From: Paragordius varius
Lineage: Eukaryota; Animalia; Nematomorpha
Reading direction: 5' to 3'
Length of the DNA: 64,000 bases
Assembly (NCBI GenBank): GCA_964247055.1
Contig: OZ176059.1
Location: 1,922,001-1,986,000 of the forward strand
A program made the translations under genes and the position numbers. Below are positions 11,816 to 27,237 of the stretch, one piece after another (positions within the stretch are counted from its first letter, which is position 1; every line of letters begins with the position of its first letter). The notes beneath the pieces are model-generated. The model was not told the origin of the DNA. It was given only the letters and a program-made list of their open reading frames with translations, and ran no database searches.

Positions 11816-14270
11816 GTAGAGCCTGTATAATATAATTTTATAAAATTTTAAAATTTCATTTTATATTTTCTAAAGGCGGTCATGATGAGAATATTAAACC
11901 ATATATTTTTTCAGCCTATAATTGAGGTCATTATATGGGGTTTACAGTTATATATATAGATAATTATGTACTTTGATTAGTGTCATTTAAACTAATTTTG
12001 GTTGCCGCTGCGGGGTGGGTTAAAAGAGCCCTTTTTCTCAATTCTCTTTCCTGTTATTGATAAAACATAAAAATAATATTTTTTTAAATATATATAGTAA
12101 TCATAATATAGTATAATGATTAAAATTATAAGGGTTAGTTAGTTAAAAAATGTAAAATTAGAAAATTGATATTTTTTTTCATGAAAAAAATACATTTTTT
12201 CAAACCTTTATAAACCAATAGATTACAATTAAGTAAAAGTTTATTATCAATTAACATATCCATTACAAACCTTCCCTTATCAAAATGATAAGGTTTATTA
12301 TTTAAAAATAAATAAATAAATATGGTTCAAAAAATGTTTCAAATCTTTAATTGTTAAAGTTTAGTCTCTTTATAACTTTAATTTTATATATAGCTGTAAC
12401 TACTACATCTACAGTTTATTCCAAAAATATAATTTACGAATTACCTAAAATTTGAAGATAAATTAGTAATTTTTTTGGCGTGAAAAAAATTTGAAAATAC
12501 CTTTTTTCGTTTTTTTGAGCTTTTATGTGTTTTTTCAACAACCATATCCACATCATCAATATTATTGTTTTCTCCATCTGATCTCTCCATGGTTGTTTTA
12601 TCACGGCTACTCTTTTTAACGCTATGCCGTTTGTGAACTTCAAAAAAAGGATAATATTAAATAATGTGAATCAAAATTACAACTAAAATTATTACAATAC
12701 TATGGCTAAAAATTTTCAAAAATTATATAACGCTATTTTTTTATAAAATCGGGCTTTAAAAAGAAAATTAGAGTAAACTAAAAGTATAAGGGTGAAAATA
12801 TGCATATGAAAAATTTTATAATGACAAAAAAGATATATAACACATTTTTTTTAACAAAAACAATTTTGAGTTCTTGACATTTTATTACCAAATGACTTTT
12901 ATAATAAATATACCCTAAATAGTGTGTGTTATCTTTATTCCTTATTATCCAATAAGAGGTATAATAAAAAAAATCAGATAAAAAATATGGATGCGTTTAT
13001 ATAATTATTGTCTTTCAACAAATATGATTTATTATCGTATACTCTTAAGTTATATAAAGTAATTATGGATCCCAAAACAAAAAATATAAGTTAATATCTT
13101 TTATTTTAAAATACAACTATATCTTTATGAGTATTGGTACGTAATACCTAAGATATATATTTAAACACTGTAACTTAAAACTCAAAATTTTAAGGCTGAC
13201 ATAAATTGGTTTTGAAATTGAATTTATTATAAAAAAAACCTTATTTTTTTTAAAAATTAAGAAAAAAAAACCTTTAGTTGAATGATAATGTTTTCTTTTA
13301 ATGCTGTTGTCGGAAGTATTTTTAAGTATGATCTTTTCACCATGGTTACTTTTAGAATGAGACGAAGATTTTGGAGTCATTGATATAGATGTGTCAAGTA
13401 TCTTAAAACGATATATATTTTAATTAAAATTTGGAGATTATATTTATTATATGTAATATACCATTTACCTAATAAATTCACCCTCCTTAAACAATTCAAA
13501 TGCATTAAAATAAATTATGAGTTTTTTAGGGATTAAATATTACCTATATTTTTTATATTCTTAAAAGTAGAAATTCGTTTGTAACTAAATAATACTGAAA
13601 AAATAAAAAAGTATGTCATAAAGATACATATTAATAATGAAAGTTAGCCCGGAAATTGGAATTTAAATCGTTCAAGGATAATTTTGAATTATACAATATT
13701 TTTACCAACTATTTAATATCATTATTTTAATTACATAAAAATGAAAAATTACGATTGAAATTAATTAAAAACAAAAGTGAAAAAACATCAAACAAAAGTA
13801 CAAAATTACGTAAAAATGTGTATGGCCGTTAAAACAACAGCTTAATTTTTGCTAAAAATATATAATAAAACATGTCGAAAAAAGTTACTAAATAATTTAT
13901 AAAATAAAATATAATAAAAAATACCTTATTTGTCATACGATGGTGATGACAAACTCTCGACGACTTAAAATATAAAATGAACGACATAAAGTTATTAAAA
14001 ATGTGAAAATGAAAAAAAAATAAAAGCCCTAAAATATGCAATAAATATCAATTTTTTTGTTGGAAAAATAATCCAAATTTATTTATAAATATATATATTT
14101 TAAAAAACCAAACACTTTAAAAATTAAAACCTGCCCATTTTTCGAAAACCGCTATAACGGTCATATTTTAAAGCAAAACCGGTTATAACCGTTTTTTAAC
14201 ACCTGCACTAAATTTGATGGCCAATTTCAGGATTATTTTTTCTATTTAAATATATCTCGTAAAATTATTC

Positions 14271-14314
<44 letters not shown>

Positions 14315-17300
14315 TTAAAAGTATAACTTCTAATTATATAAAAAAAATCTTACTTGTGATTTGGTGGAACTGATTGTTGCATCTAAATTATCTGTAACGT
14401 TACCCGCAGTACTGCTGCTAATATTATCATTGAATTGAGATGTTCGTAATGATTTCCGCGATCTTTTTTCATTGTGAATATTGGCTAATATAAATAAATA
14501 TATGTAATAAGTTATAAATTACCTTTTTTGGGGGGACAAATGTTAAGTTAAGATTAAAAAGAGATTAAAAATTACCCATTAGATATATAATAATAATCTC
14601 AAATAATCTTATAATATTGTTAAAAATAATTAAATTTTTTTATACTATTTTCATTTGTTTTAGGGCTTTTATAGTGTTCATCCCCATGGATATGAGTGTG
14701 TGGACTATCAAAGTTAGTTGCCATTGGATGATCTTTACCAGATAAACGATCTATTGTCACATACAAAATAAAGAAATTGGTTTAAAAAACTTATGCGACC
14801 TTTTAAAAGATTACTTTAGAACTTTTAATAAAAAACAAATGAATAAAAATTTTACAAAAAAATAAATGAAAATCACCTTTTAATTCAGAATTATCCGATC
14901 GATTTACATGTCCCCTGGGTGTGCTTGATTTCCGATGGCGTCTATATATTAATAAATAGGTCAATGGTATATAACAAAATTTTGGCATATAAAATTTACC
15001 ATATATATAAATATATATTTTTATTAAATTAACCATATTCTTTTAAAAACCGCAAAATATCCCTGGATTCAAGCATTCAAGTATCAAGTAGATAAAATTT
15101 ACCATATATATAATTTTTATTGGAATTAACCATATCCTTTTTAAAAACGCCAAAGATCCCTGGATTTAAACATTCAAATAGTCAACGCGTATGCGATTTT
15201 TATTGTTTCATGAAGTGTGATATTTTCTCATATTTTTTCCACATATTAACGATATAATACATATTTGCATATTACTTTTCCCGATCACCACGTGATTTGT
15301 GAGACGATGTCGCGGATGAATGGCCGTTACCATGGTGATGCCGATGTCGTTTTACTCGTTCTTTCGTTCCGTCTTCGACTTTGCTGGTATTTTCACATTT
15401 TGATGATAAAGGCTTGACATTTTTATCATTGGAGATCGGGTTAAGAAAATCGTGGTTATTGGAATTTGGGCTGGTAAGAATATTATTGATAGTATTTAAC
15501 ATTGATTTTTTGGTCGCATCTCTACTGCTGCTGCTGCTAGAAGTGGTGGTGTCTAACGTATTACTTTTATGTCCAACAGTTTTTGCCATTTGACCAGTGG
15601 TGTGGGACAATGATTTAGTTACGTCCGCCTCGGAACTTACTGTTCGTGTTTTTATGCCCGCTATTTTTTGTATAAATAATATTTAGGAAATGTGAACATT
15701 GAATTGAAAATTTATATTATTCATAAAAAATTTAAATGAAAATATAAGGGGTAGTAATATTATTTTTTTATCCAGAGCCAAGGTTTTTTGGAATAATTTG
15801 GGACAATAAAACTTTGAGTATAAAAACTTAAAATTATACAAGTTTTGGGCCTTGTTCTATTTAAACTGATATATTTTCAACGAAAACAAATTTAATTTCC
15901 AAAAATTATATTGTTTTCATATATTAACTAAATTACTCGTGGGCGAAATATTTTCTGCAGGAAAATGTTTGGTTCAATAACATATAAACGCCATTAAAAA
16001 CGTATTCTTGACATTTTTTTCGCTAAATTATTTTGAAACATACTATGGTTCCTACATTAATTACATAACTGCGTTTATTTAATTTCATACTTTTTGTTAA
16101 GGGACTCCTATGCTTGTCATCTCCACCACCCAAGAAACTGCCATCTTGATCACGTGAAACAGTAGTGACAGAAGGAGCAGACGATAATATTACATTATTG
16201 GCAGACGATACAACATATTTATTTGTGTCTACGTGATGATGAGTTGAATGTGCCGGAGAATTAGATAAGGTATTTGATGATTTTATAATATGTTTAGGGG
16301 ATGTTAATGACAATGTTGAATTTTCTGCGTGATTTGCGCTTTGTGCTTTGGAATTTCCGGAATTATTATTTGATATGGAGGTATTGGTTGTGCTTAAATC
16401 CTTCGCTGTTATATTGGTTAGGGAGGATGGCGTTTGTGAATTCTGCTCTTTTGGGTGAGTTATTGTCGAACTCGACATAGTAGAGGGTGTTGACAGTAAT
16501 GATTTCGAGGCACCAATGCTAATGGTTGAAGTAGACAGCGTGTTTGAATTAGTACTACCTGTAGTGGGAGCTCCTGAAGATGATACCATGGGTACATTCT
16601 AAAAAATTATAAAGTATTAATTTTCGGCCCAGCTCTTGTAAAAGGTATGTTACGATAGAAAAAGATCATAATTATATTTTATAATAAAAAATATTTTATA
16701 TGGCACATATGCCGAGTAAAATCATTTTAAGCCAATTTCCATCCTTACTTAGAGTTATATTTTATGTTTTTAAAAAAATAATTATAAAATAATAAAAACT
16801 TACATCTTTGGCATGGAATTCGTGTTCCGGTAAAAATTTGGATTTCTTTTGTTTCAAATAGCCGGAATAGCTATAATTGAAAAACATAAAAAGTACAAAA
16901 TTCTATATCTTTACATAAATTTTTTTAACGATATTTGAAATTAAATTTAAGCAAAACAATAAAATAAATATTTTGCATACGAGAGTGCCAAAACATATAA
17001 ATCAGCACGTTTTTCCCGTTCTTCCGACTTTATTTTTTCGATCCTTCGTTCAAGGGCTGACCCTAGGTTTGCAACAATCGGGTAACTTGGTAAAAGCTAA
17101 AAATTATATATAAAAAAAAACTTATAACATTTAGTTCTTATACTAATATTTAATATATATGATTGAAAATAAAATAAATTTACAACGAAAAACATTTTTT
17201 ATTATTAAAAAGATATTTCAAATAATTTATAATAATCTTTTTTAAATACATGTGTAAACCGTATTTTTATGTTGTTCCAAAATTAAGTTCTCAAATATGC

Positions 17301-20300
17301 TTAACGCTGTGATATTTTATATTTCCAACATGTTAAAAATAATTTCAACATATATTTAATATTTACAATAAATTTACTATAAAATATCCAAAATCCTTAA
17401 ATAAAATTTTACCACAATCTATGTATATGATTATAATGGTAAAAAACCTACAATATCGTATATATATACTAAAAATTTAGCATAAACATATAGAAAAACC
17501 GAGAGAGAGTTACATATACCTTAGTAAGGACTATTAAGCTATTCCGTATACTGGCATAGTGTCCTGATTCAAGGCATTGCACGACACTCTTGGTCATTTT
17601 GAAGTGCCATTTATGACAAACGTGACGAAAGTCTTGATACGATAAATAATTATTTAGGTTATTATTATTATTTGTATTGAAATTGTTACTATTTTCATTT
17701 GTCTCATTATTAACAACATTAGAGACATTTTTATCATTACTATTGTTTGTAGAACTGTTTGTAGGTTTTGTGGTAGATGGTGTGACACATGTCGCATTCC
17801 CCGTATTTTTAACGACATTGAAACCGGGATAACCTACGCACTCCTACAAATAATAAGTAAGCAAACATGAAAAGAGTTAATGGTTAAAAAATTGGTAAAA
17901 ATAAAAAAAGAGTAAAAATTTATATGCATTGATTGGTTTTTAGATGCCACTAAGTTTAAATGTTTTAGTTTTGAGGTTCTGAACTAACTTTAATTGTAAC
18001 AGTACCGTATTTAAAAAACTAAACCGGTTACATAAAAAATAATTTTACCATGATTCGCTGTAAAAATAACCGCAAAAAAGTTATAATTTTGGTTAATTAC
18101 ACCTTTAAAAAATATTTTAAAATAAGTATTAGGGAATATTCTTAATTAGGTGCATTCTTTGATTATACAATTGTGTAAAATTAGGTTTTTACATAAAAAG
18201 GGCTTTGGTTTTACATTAAACATATGACTTTTTCCTTGGTAACAAAAAAGGTTAAACATATTCAAACATTATATAATGGCATAAAAAATTACTTTATTGT
18301 AAATTTCAGCGTTGGAATGCCATTTTAGGGCAGTTTCCATTAAACTGTTTAGGAAAATGCCATATCTAGCTGCCTCATTTTCAGTCAGGCTTATCATGAT
18401 GTAAGTTATATCACAAAATATCTAATAGTAAAAAAAAATAAAAAATAATCAAATTTTTGTACAGTATAAAAAATTTAAATACAAAACATAATTTATCCAA
18501 AGAAATTATTTTTATTGTAAGAAAACCATATTAAATCTTGCTTTTATTAAAGATATGCTATTTTTTGAAGTCCGAAATAAGCATTAAGGATGTATATTGA
18601 TAAAACAATAATTTATTCATATTACCAATCATATAGTTATGGGTTACATAAAAAATATCGATCGATTGACAATCTTTACTTTAAAGTGTCTTTGTAATTG
18701 GAAATAATACCTAATTTTTCACCTTATTATGAAATAAATATACATTACTAATATGTTAAAATTATATATCAATAAAGCAATAAAAGGCATTAAAATTTTA
18801 GTAAAAAAAGATAAGTTTCTTTCCAAAAACAAAAATATCAAAATCATCGCCTAAATTGGGATTTTACGCTAAAATAACAATGATATTCGACATACTCGAT
18901 CTAAGCATATGAGTGTGGCAAAATGTGGGACTTTGAGTTTATGCAATAATTTTATAAATTCGGCACAATACATGGCATCGGAAACGGAGAACGTGGCTCG
19001 GCTAAATATACATTTTTGCAAAAATTGTGTTATAGCATCGTTTCGGGCAGCATCTATATATCCGACAAATACAAAATTATCAAAAATATAAATTTTGGAT
19101 AATTTAAAATAAAAAATGAATGATAGTATAGATGTGTACATAGGATACAATTTAAAATACTTTCAAATAGAAGGAAACAGCGAGAAAAAAGCATACAAAC
19201 GGAAAAACTATAAGAAAAATATTTAACAACTTTAAAATGAAATCTTTATTGAGTTTTATCATTACTTTTTTAAATTTTATGGTTTCTTTTTAGTTTTTAC
19301 TGTATGACTTGAAAAACCAATTATAAAGAAAGAGCCTTATTAAGCCATACCTGTATTTTGAAGGGCTAAAAGAGGGAATTTAATTTACATGTCAGTAGCC
19401 ATGTATGAATTTTATTTTTTTAATTCAATATTTAAATGATGTGGTTAATTGACACTGTGTTTAATATGTAACTAATAAAACGTAAAATCTCATACATGGC
19501 AAAAAGATATTTTAAATACCCTCTTTTAGCCATTAACAATAGAGATATGGCCTATATTAGTGTGCTCGTTAATGTATAACTATGAATTCTCAAATCTACA
19601 AAACAAGCACAATACTGGTCAAAAAAATAAATTGAAGTCAGTAATTATAATTTTGTGCTAGAATAGGGCCTGCCAGGTTATGATATTATTAAACTTATAT
19701 AAAAAATCAGACATAAATATCATAACATAATGACCTAATAGATAAATTTAATTGGTAATATTAAATTAATATTTTTATCAATCATCTTCAATAATACCGA
19801 TTTAAAACAGATAATTTAAAAGAATTTATTATATATTGGATAATTCTCTCTATATTTGTTTAATATAATTATATATATATATATATAATTATAACAATTA
19901 TGTTAATTATAACTGCGTATGGAGAACTTATAAACGCAACGGACAGGCCGGTTATTATTTTCTTAACTAACTAATCTAAACCCATTTCTCTGTTAATTTT
20001 TTATTTTAAAAATTAATAATAATTATAGACAAAATATGTTAATAGATATCTGAATGCTATTATTATATATTACGCTGATAAAACCATCCAGATTTGAGTT
20101 GTTCAAATATTTCATGGAGTGACTTAACGTGCTCCTTTTGCGTATTTTCCTCCTCCCGTAATTTATCAATCAAAGAATGGAGTTTTTCTTTCTCTTTTTT
20201 ACGTTTCATGGGCGTTGATAACTAAAAATATTAATGAATAACATTCAAAACAATTTCAAATTATAAATTAATAAAAGAGTAATGAGATATATAAATCCAT

Positions 20301-23300
20301 AATTTCAAACCGTTTATGATGGTATATAATATATATACGATAGATTGCTTCTAAATATAAAATTGATTATGTAACCTATTTATACATCTCGATTCCTTAT
20401 TTCTCCATATTCAAATAGGTATGTAAATATTAGGAAAGGGTTTTTTTCCATTTGAAAAAAAATCATCTTCACAATTCATTCAAGTCCCGAAAAAACGGGC
20501 TAACAAAAAACTGGTCCCGATTTTGTTATATTTAATTATAAAAAAATATTTTTTTGTATGAATTAATAATAATTAACTTTAATAATTTGTTGACAAATGT
20601 ACTTAAATTTTAAATTAAAAATTTTGTAATTAAAGAATTAAAATTAACAAAGACATACATCTCTAAATGAACCGGTTAACAGATGAGATGGTGGCGTATT
20701 TGTACGACTTGAATTACTACTTGACATCATATTCAGGGAATTTCCAAGATTATTTATGTTATTGCTGCTGCTATTATGATGATGATTCATATCATCTAAG
20801 ATTGCAATGGTTTGCTTTAATTTACTTATTTCACGGTTATATGCCTGAGCCGGATAATTTATATCGTAGCGTGAAAAGGTCCAAAATGTCACGAAAAATA
20901 GGGGACTATTATAAAACAGCGAAAAGATAAAATATAATGCGAGATAGAAAGATTATAAATAAAAATTCGTTTTTTTTAAACATTTTAAAAGGTGTGATAA
21001 AATATTTAATATAAAATATAAATATACATACAGGTAAATCATTAACTTATAGATTTTACATTTTTAAGTGTTAGATCAATTATTCAACCAATTATATAAA
21101 TAACATCAATACTTTTAGGGCTTAAAATCCAATATTTTTATATATAAACCCTAATTCATTCTTAAAAAATGATCAAAGGCAAATATATATGCAATTAATT
21201 TTTAAAAAAATACCAAAATAGACAATTATAAAAGGATAAAATATTTATATTAAAATAATTTTATTTTTAAATTAACGTATTACGTTATATCTGTCCAAAC
21301 TTTGGGAGCCATTAAAAGGGTGACATTTTCAGCTTCTTCGGTCAACAAATTTTTCAAAACGCCAAAATATTTTGTATCCTATTTTGTTATAAAAAAGCAT
21401 TTTTAAAAAAAGATTGAAATAAGTTAATTTTTAATTTTAAGCACATTATTAATTTGTTCGGAAAAAACCTTTTTTTTTATATCAAAATTTAGCATATTTG
21501 ATTTAAGCCTTAAATGAATATATTTAAATTCTACGTTTAGTTCACGGTTCAATATTTTTTAATTTAAAAAGAAGGTACTTTGTTGAGCTACACACCCAAC
21601 TTTAGAAAATGTAACTTAAAGTATGTATATATACCATTTACAGTTCAAATTCATCCTTGAACAATTCAAATTCACCCTAAAATAAATTGTGTTTTTAAGA
21701 TTAAAAATTACCTTTATTTTATAATATTTTAAAATATGAAATTCTGTTTAAAATTAATATAATGCTAAAAATTTATGTCGTAAAAATAAATTTAATATTA
21801 ATAATGAGTTATATTATCTCAAAAACACATAATTTATTTTTCGAGGGTGAATTTGAATTGTTCAAGGGTAAATTTAAATTGTAAATGGTATTACCATGCC
21901 AAATATTTTTGCAAAAGGGCATTATTTTAATTTAAAAAAGCTCATTTTAAGACTTTTTAATTTTTACAAAACTTACTCATAAAATATATATATTTACCTT
22001 TAGAGTTAGGCTTAAACTATGCCTTCGGATAAAGAATGCGGCATCAAAAGCCAAATGGTATTCATTAATAAGTTGTGATAACGAGGGCAATAAATGGACA
22101 TATTCATCAACACTAAAATTACATGCTATGAATGTAACGTATTGGACTAGGGCATCTTGAGCCTAAGCAAAAATATAAAGGTCAAAAAAAAATTAAATCA
22201 ATGATAAAAATATGAATACTTAAACGGAATATTTAATAAAAACTAATTTATGTTCATGTAAATAAGAAAAAATAATTATTTGAAAAAAAAAACATTTTTC
22301 TTTATTAAAGTTTAGTATGATTTATAATGGCTTTAAATTTTTGGGTTGATTTTTATTATGTAATACTGGATAACTATTTTTTTAACCTACTTATCAAAGA
22401 TTAACCATCGCTATCATCTCTTATAATAATAATATATATTAACAATTAAAGTAAAAATTATTTTATCACCAACCATATAATTTAAATAATAATATCACAA
22501 TATTACGTTTTGTGTAAAAAGAAGAATAAAAGACAAATAAGATGTGAGATTCTCAATTATTTTACATAAACATGGTAGGTCAGGAGTATATATATCTTAA
22601 AATTAATTCGATAATAAAAAAGAATAAAAACTTTTTGTGTTTTAACATTATATAAATCAATCAAACTATACAATTTAATGTTTTCTATCGTTTTTAGTTT
22701 CAAAAACAAAAAAATAATCTAACCTGATCATACAATCGACCCAAAAGTTTAATATGATCAGATGCCTCTACCAATCCGCCGGTACCACTTGTCATTGCTG
22801 GTGTAATTAAGTTTTCTTTAGTTGTTGATTGTGAATTATTTTCATTTTCAGTTTGATTTTGATCATTAGTCATACTGATTCCAACAATTTTAGGTGTTGT
22901 ATTATTCTATATATTTATATAATAATGGGTTTTTTATGGCTACAAACAAAAAAGAACAGTACATTTCCCATAAAATTCATGTTAAACAATCATATGGTTT
23001 AAAGAGATTACCATTAAAATTACGTTAACAATATCTCGATATAAATTTTCATTCAATGACAATATTCACAAATATAAAAACTTATTACAACACATATATC
23101 AAATAATCGAAAAAAATACCTAAATCAATTTAAAATAAAAGGAATACGATTACTAAATTAACAAAATTTTTTATATTTATGGACTTTTTATATCTATAAT
23201 TTGATGTAGTCTTATTAAGAGAATGTATAAAAATAATTTTGTTCACCGGCGACCAATCAAAAGTGTTATATTCCTAATTGGAAAAAAAAGTTAAAAATTT

Positions 23301-26300
23301 GTTGTTTAAAAATAGAGCTAATAAAAATGACATATACCTCTTCATCATTTAACGTATCCTGGGTGACATTTTGTTGTTCCAATTCCTCAGAAAACGCATC
23401 AGCAGTTTTAGATTCTTGTGGTGAATTTGTATGTGCAGTATTTAAATAACTTTTCATAACCATACTCTTACTACTAGTATTGGTATTTATAAAGCTTGCA
23501 GTATGATAAATTTCACAATCCCTCTGTTGAGCAATAAGCAAGGCTAATGGTATAAGAATGTCGGAATTAAGTAAACTTTCTTTCAAGCGTTGACTTGACC
23601 GTTTAGTATTACGGATTTGGGCAAAATATCCTGCCTATATATATAAGATATATAAGAATTGTATGAAAATCTAAAATTTTTTGAAGGGGCATATAAAGGG
23701 CTAGGCTAAACGGTGATTGTAAAATATAATTCATTTTCGACACGTGAATAGTATAAAAAATATGGAAATTTATTTAAAAACGTGTCATATAGAATAAATA
23801 AGTATGTTCGACATGGTTTAAACAACTCTCAATGACAAATTGTTTTATAAACGTATTTAGAATTGTATATAAAGAACAACCATTTTATCCATACTCATTT
23901 ATATTTTTTTAATGCTGAGGACGGATATACGTTATAGTATCCGAAACCGTACGAAAATTTTATTTATTCTATGACACGTTTTTAAATAAATTTCCATATT
24001 TTTTTTCAAAATGGTTCTTTATATTTGAAAAAGGGTGAACTTCTATGCGATTTCCCCCAAAAAAGCTTTTTTGTTAAAAAAAACCGGTTTTGCCGGGTTT
24101 TGCTTTCTTTTGCAGTTAAAGAATCGGTTTTTTGGCCAGTTTTACGCCTTTTAAAAAACAGTTTGATCAAACAAATATGTTATGGAATATTCCATTTACA
24201 CTTCATTCATCCTAAAACAAATTATGTGTTTTTCAAGATTAAAAATTAAAATACTGAAAATAATAAACTAAGCCATAAAAATTATTTAAGATTAAGAATG
24301 AGTTATATTAGCCAGAAAAGACATAATTTATTTTTGGCGTGAATTTGAATCAAGGGTGAACTTAAATTGTTTAAAGATCAAGAATTGTAAATGGTATATG
24401 TTAATGTCTCTGGTAATATGTACACAGCAATAAGGTTATAATTAGAGAAAAATTAAAAGTTTTGAAGCAAATTAATATAACGGCGCAGGATCTAAAAACA
24501 GTTGCAAAACGATGACTTTATTTGCTTTTTGTTCTAAATAATATAAAATTTCCAACAAACGGTTTAAGAAGAAAAACTATTACAATAATCTTTTTTTAAA
24601 ACCATTTGTTTGCTAAAATAAATGATAATATGATAGGTACATACCTCAGATCGTAATAGGTCTCCACCGCTAAGGGCCTCAAGTTGTTCCTTAGTTGATG
24701 TTATATCATTCATTTCAATACCAGACATTTTATGTACCAATTCCTTAACTACTAACAAAAGATCAGAACCACGTAATATGCCTTTCTATATATATAAAAT
24801 TGCGAATAATAATTTATTATTAAATTAACAAGGTTAATAATATAATTTAAAATTGTGTATATTAATTATGGAAAAATTAAATGGAATCGAACACGAAGAG
24901 CACATAAAACAATATAATTATAAAAAATTTATAATAGTTAATGATGGTAATGTTTTAAAACCCTCTTTTATTGTTATCTATATTCTTAATTCAAAAATTT
25001 TAATTGGGATGAAAACATATTTTAAGTTTTAACTTTTTATTTTTTGTTTTATTCTATATACAACTAGGTTTTAATGATAAAACTTTAAAGCAAAAGAACA
25101 AATTCCAAGATTTAATCTTGTCTAAATAACAGTAAAACTACAGTAAAAGTTGAAATTATACTATGGACAAAACGTAAAAAATAAAGACAAATATGTATTT
25201 CTAAAAGACAACCAACCATACTCTTTATTATTTTTTTGTTATACCTTCTTCTGTCTTTTAATTGAAAATACTTGTCTTGATAATTTAACGTTTTGTCCGT
25301 ATAATTTCAATTTGTACTGTAATACCAAATTTACAATTTAATTTGAAACTTGATATGCAGTTTTAAAAAACTGTCAACTATTTAAAAACTAAGCACCTAA
25401 TTATATAGAAATAGACAACAAAGGGTTTTATATCTCAATCAAAAATTACCTCAAAATCTGTCGGAGTTAGCGTAGGAGTATTTGTACCCGCAAGCAAGAC
25501 CGAAGCAAATTTTAAACCGTTAACGGCAAAGTACAAGAGACCGGTAACGTCACATATGGGATATTTTTTGACTAAGCTACCCGCAAAAGCACAGGCATTA
25601 GCAAACCATGCATCTTGATCCATCATAATCTAAATGAAAATCCACAATTTTAAAAAATATTTTATAATAAATAAAAAGGGAACGAAAAAAAAAAGTTTAT
25701 CAAGAAATGAAAAAAAATAAAATTAAATAAATAAATAAAATATAAAATAAAAAAAATATAATTAAAGACACTACACAAAAGGGAGACTATTAAGTTTGAT
25801 TGTAAAATAGAAAAATATATCAAAACAATAATGTGTAGAGGTCTGAATATTAAAAACATTATAAAAAAATAATGTTGATTAAATTTATAGTATGTAATAT
25901 GAAAAAATAGAGAACCAAATGAAAAAAATGCTATGATAGCATTTAGGGACAGAAAAAATTAAAATTATAAAACATTTACAATAAAAAATTTTAAATAATT
26001 AATAAATTAAATATCCTCCTAATATTCGTATATAATATAGCCATGCAATTCTTTAAAAAAATTTTTAATTAAAACTATTTCAAAAATATAACCTAACAAT
26101 TATCTTAAAACAAAAATACTTTTATATTTATCCAAAAAAACATATGGATATATAGCAATATAAAAAATTCCTTACAGATGTAGAATTAGTATTATCCGTT
26201 AATAAAGCATCAGAGCTATTATTGTTAGTTGAATGGGGGGCATCTGTTATAGATGGCAGATTTGGTTTAATATCACTAGAACTTTTGATTGATTGTGGGT

Positions 26301-27186
26301 TCATTTCATTATCACTCATTTGTATGGATGTTAAATTGGTGCATAAGGATTCAATCAAACAAACTAATATAAATATAATTTATTACATAAAAAATTTATA
26401 TATTTTCAGTCAAAAAATAAAAAACCCAATTTTTATATGAAAAATATTTGATTTTAAACATAATAATAATATTAATAATAATAATAAAAAACTAAGAAGT
26501 TAATTAAAGGTTTAACATGAAAACTAAAAATATCTAAATTATAAAGAAAATATCTATGCATTTAAGGTGAAAAACTCTTAAAAATTATAACAAATTGCAA
26601 ATAAAAAAATCAACAGCCAAAATTTAAAAATTAATTTTTATATAGACCTTAAAAAATTTATATTTAATAAAAATTAAATATAAGTTTAAAATTTGAATTT
26701 AAAGGTGAAAAAAACATAAATGTAAGGATTTGATGAAAAATACGTCCAGAAAACAGTTTATAAATGAAAAACACCCAACCGAAAAAGATCATATTATTAT
26801 AAAATCAATAATAAGATCTAAAATTCATAAAAATTAAAACTATTTTTTAATATAAAAACAGCAAACAATACAGTAAAAATTGAAGTTATACGGACAAAAC
26901 GTAATAATATAAAGACAAATATTTTTTCCTAAAAGACAATCAAACTTTTTAAAACCTTATTTGCTCTCATATAAATTATATTAATACGATTTTGAAATAA
27001 AAAATTGATTGTTTTACCAATATACATATAAAGTATGTTGTCTTTTAAAAAATATCTGTCTTTATATTTTAACGTTTTGTCCGTATAATTTCGATTGTTA
27101 CTCTAAAAAATTTCATTCTATTACATTTTTTAAAAAAAGTTAAAAGAAAAACTTTCATAAAACAAAATAAAAAATATTAAATAATT

Positions 27187-27237
<51 letters not shown>

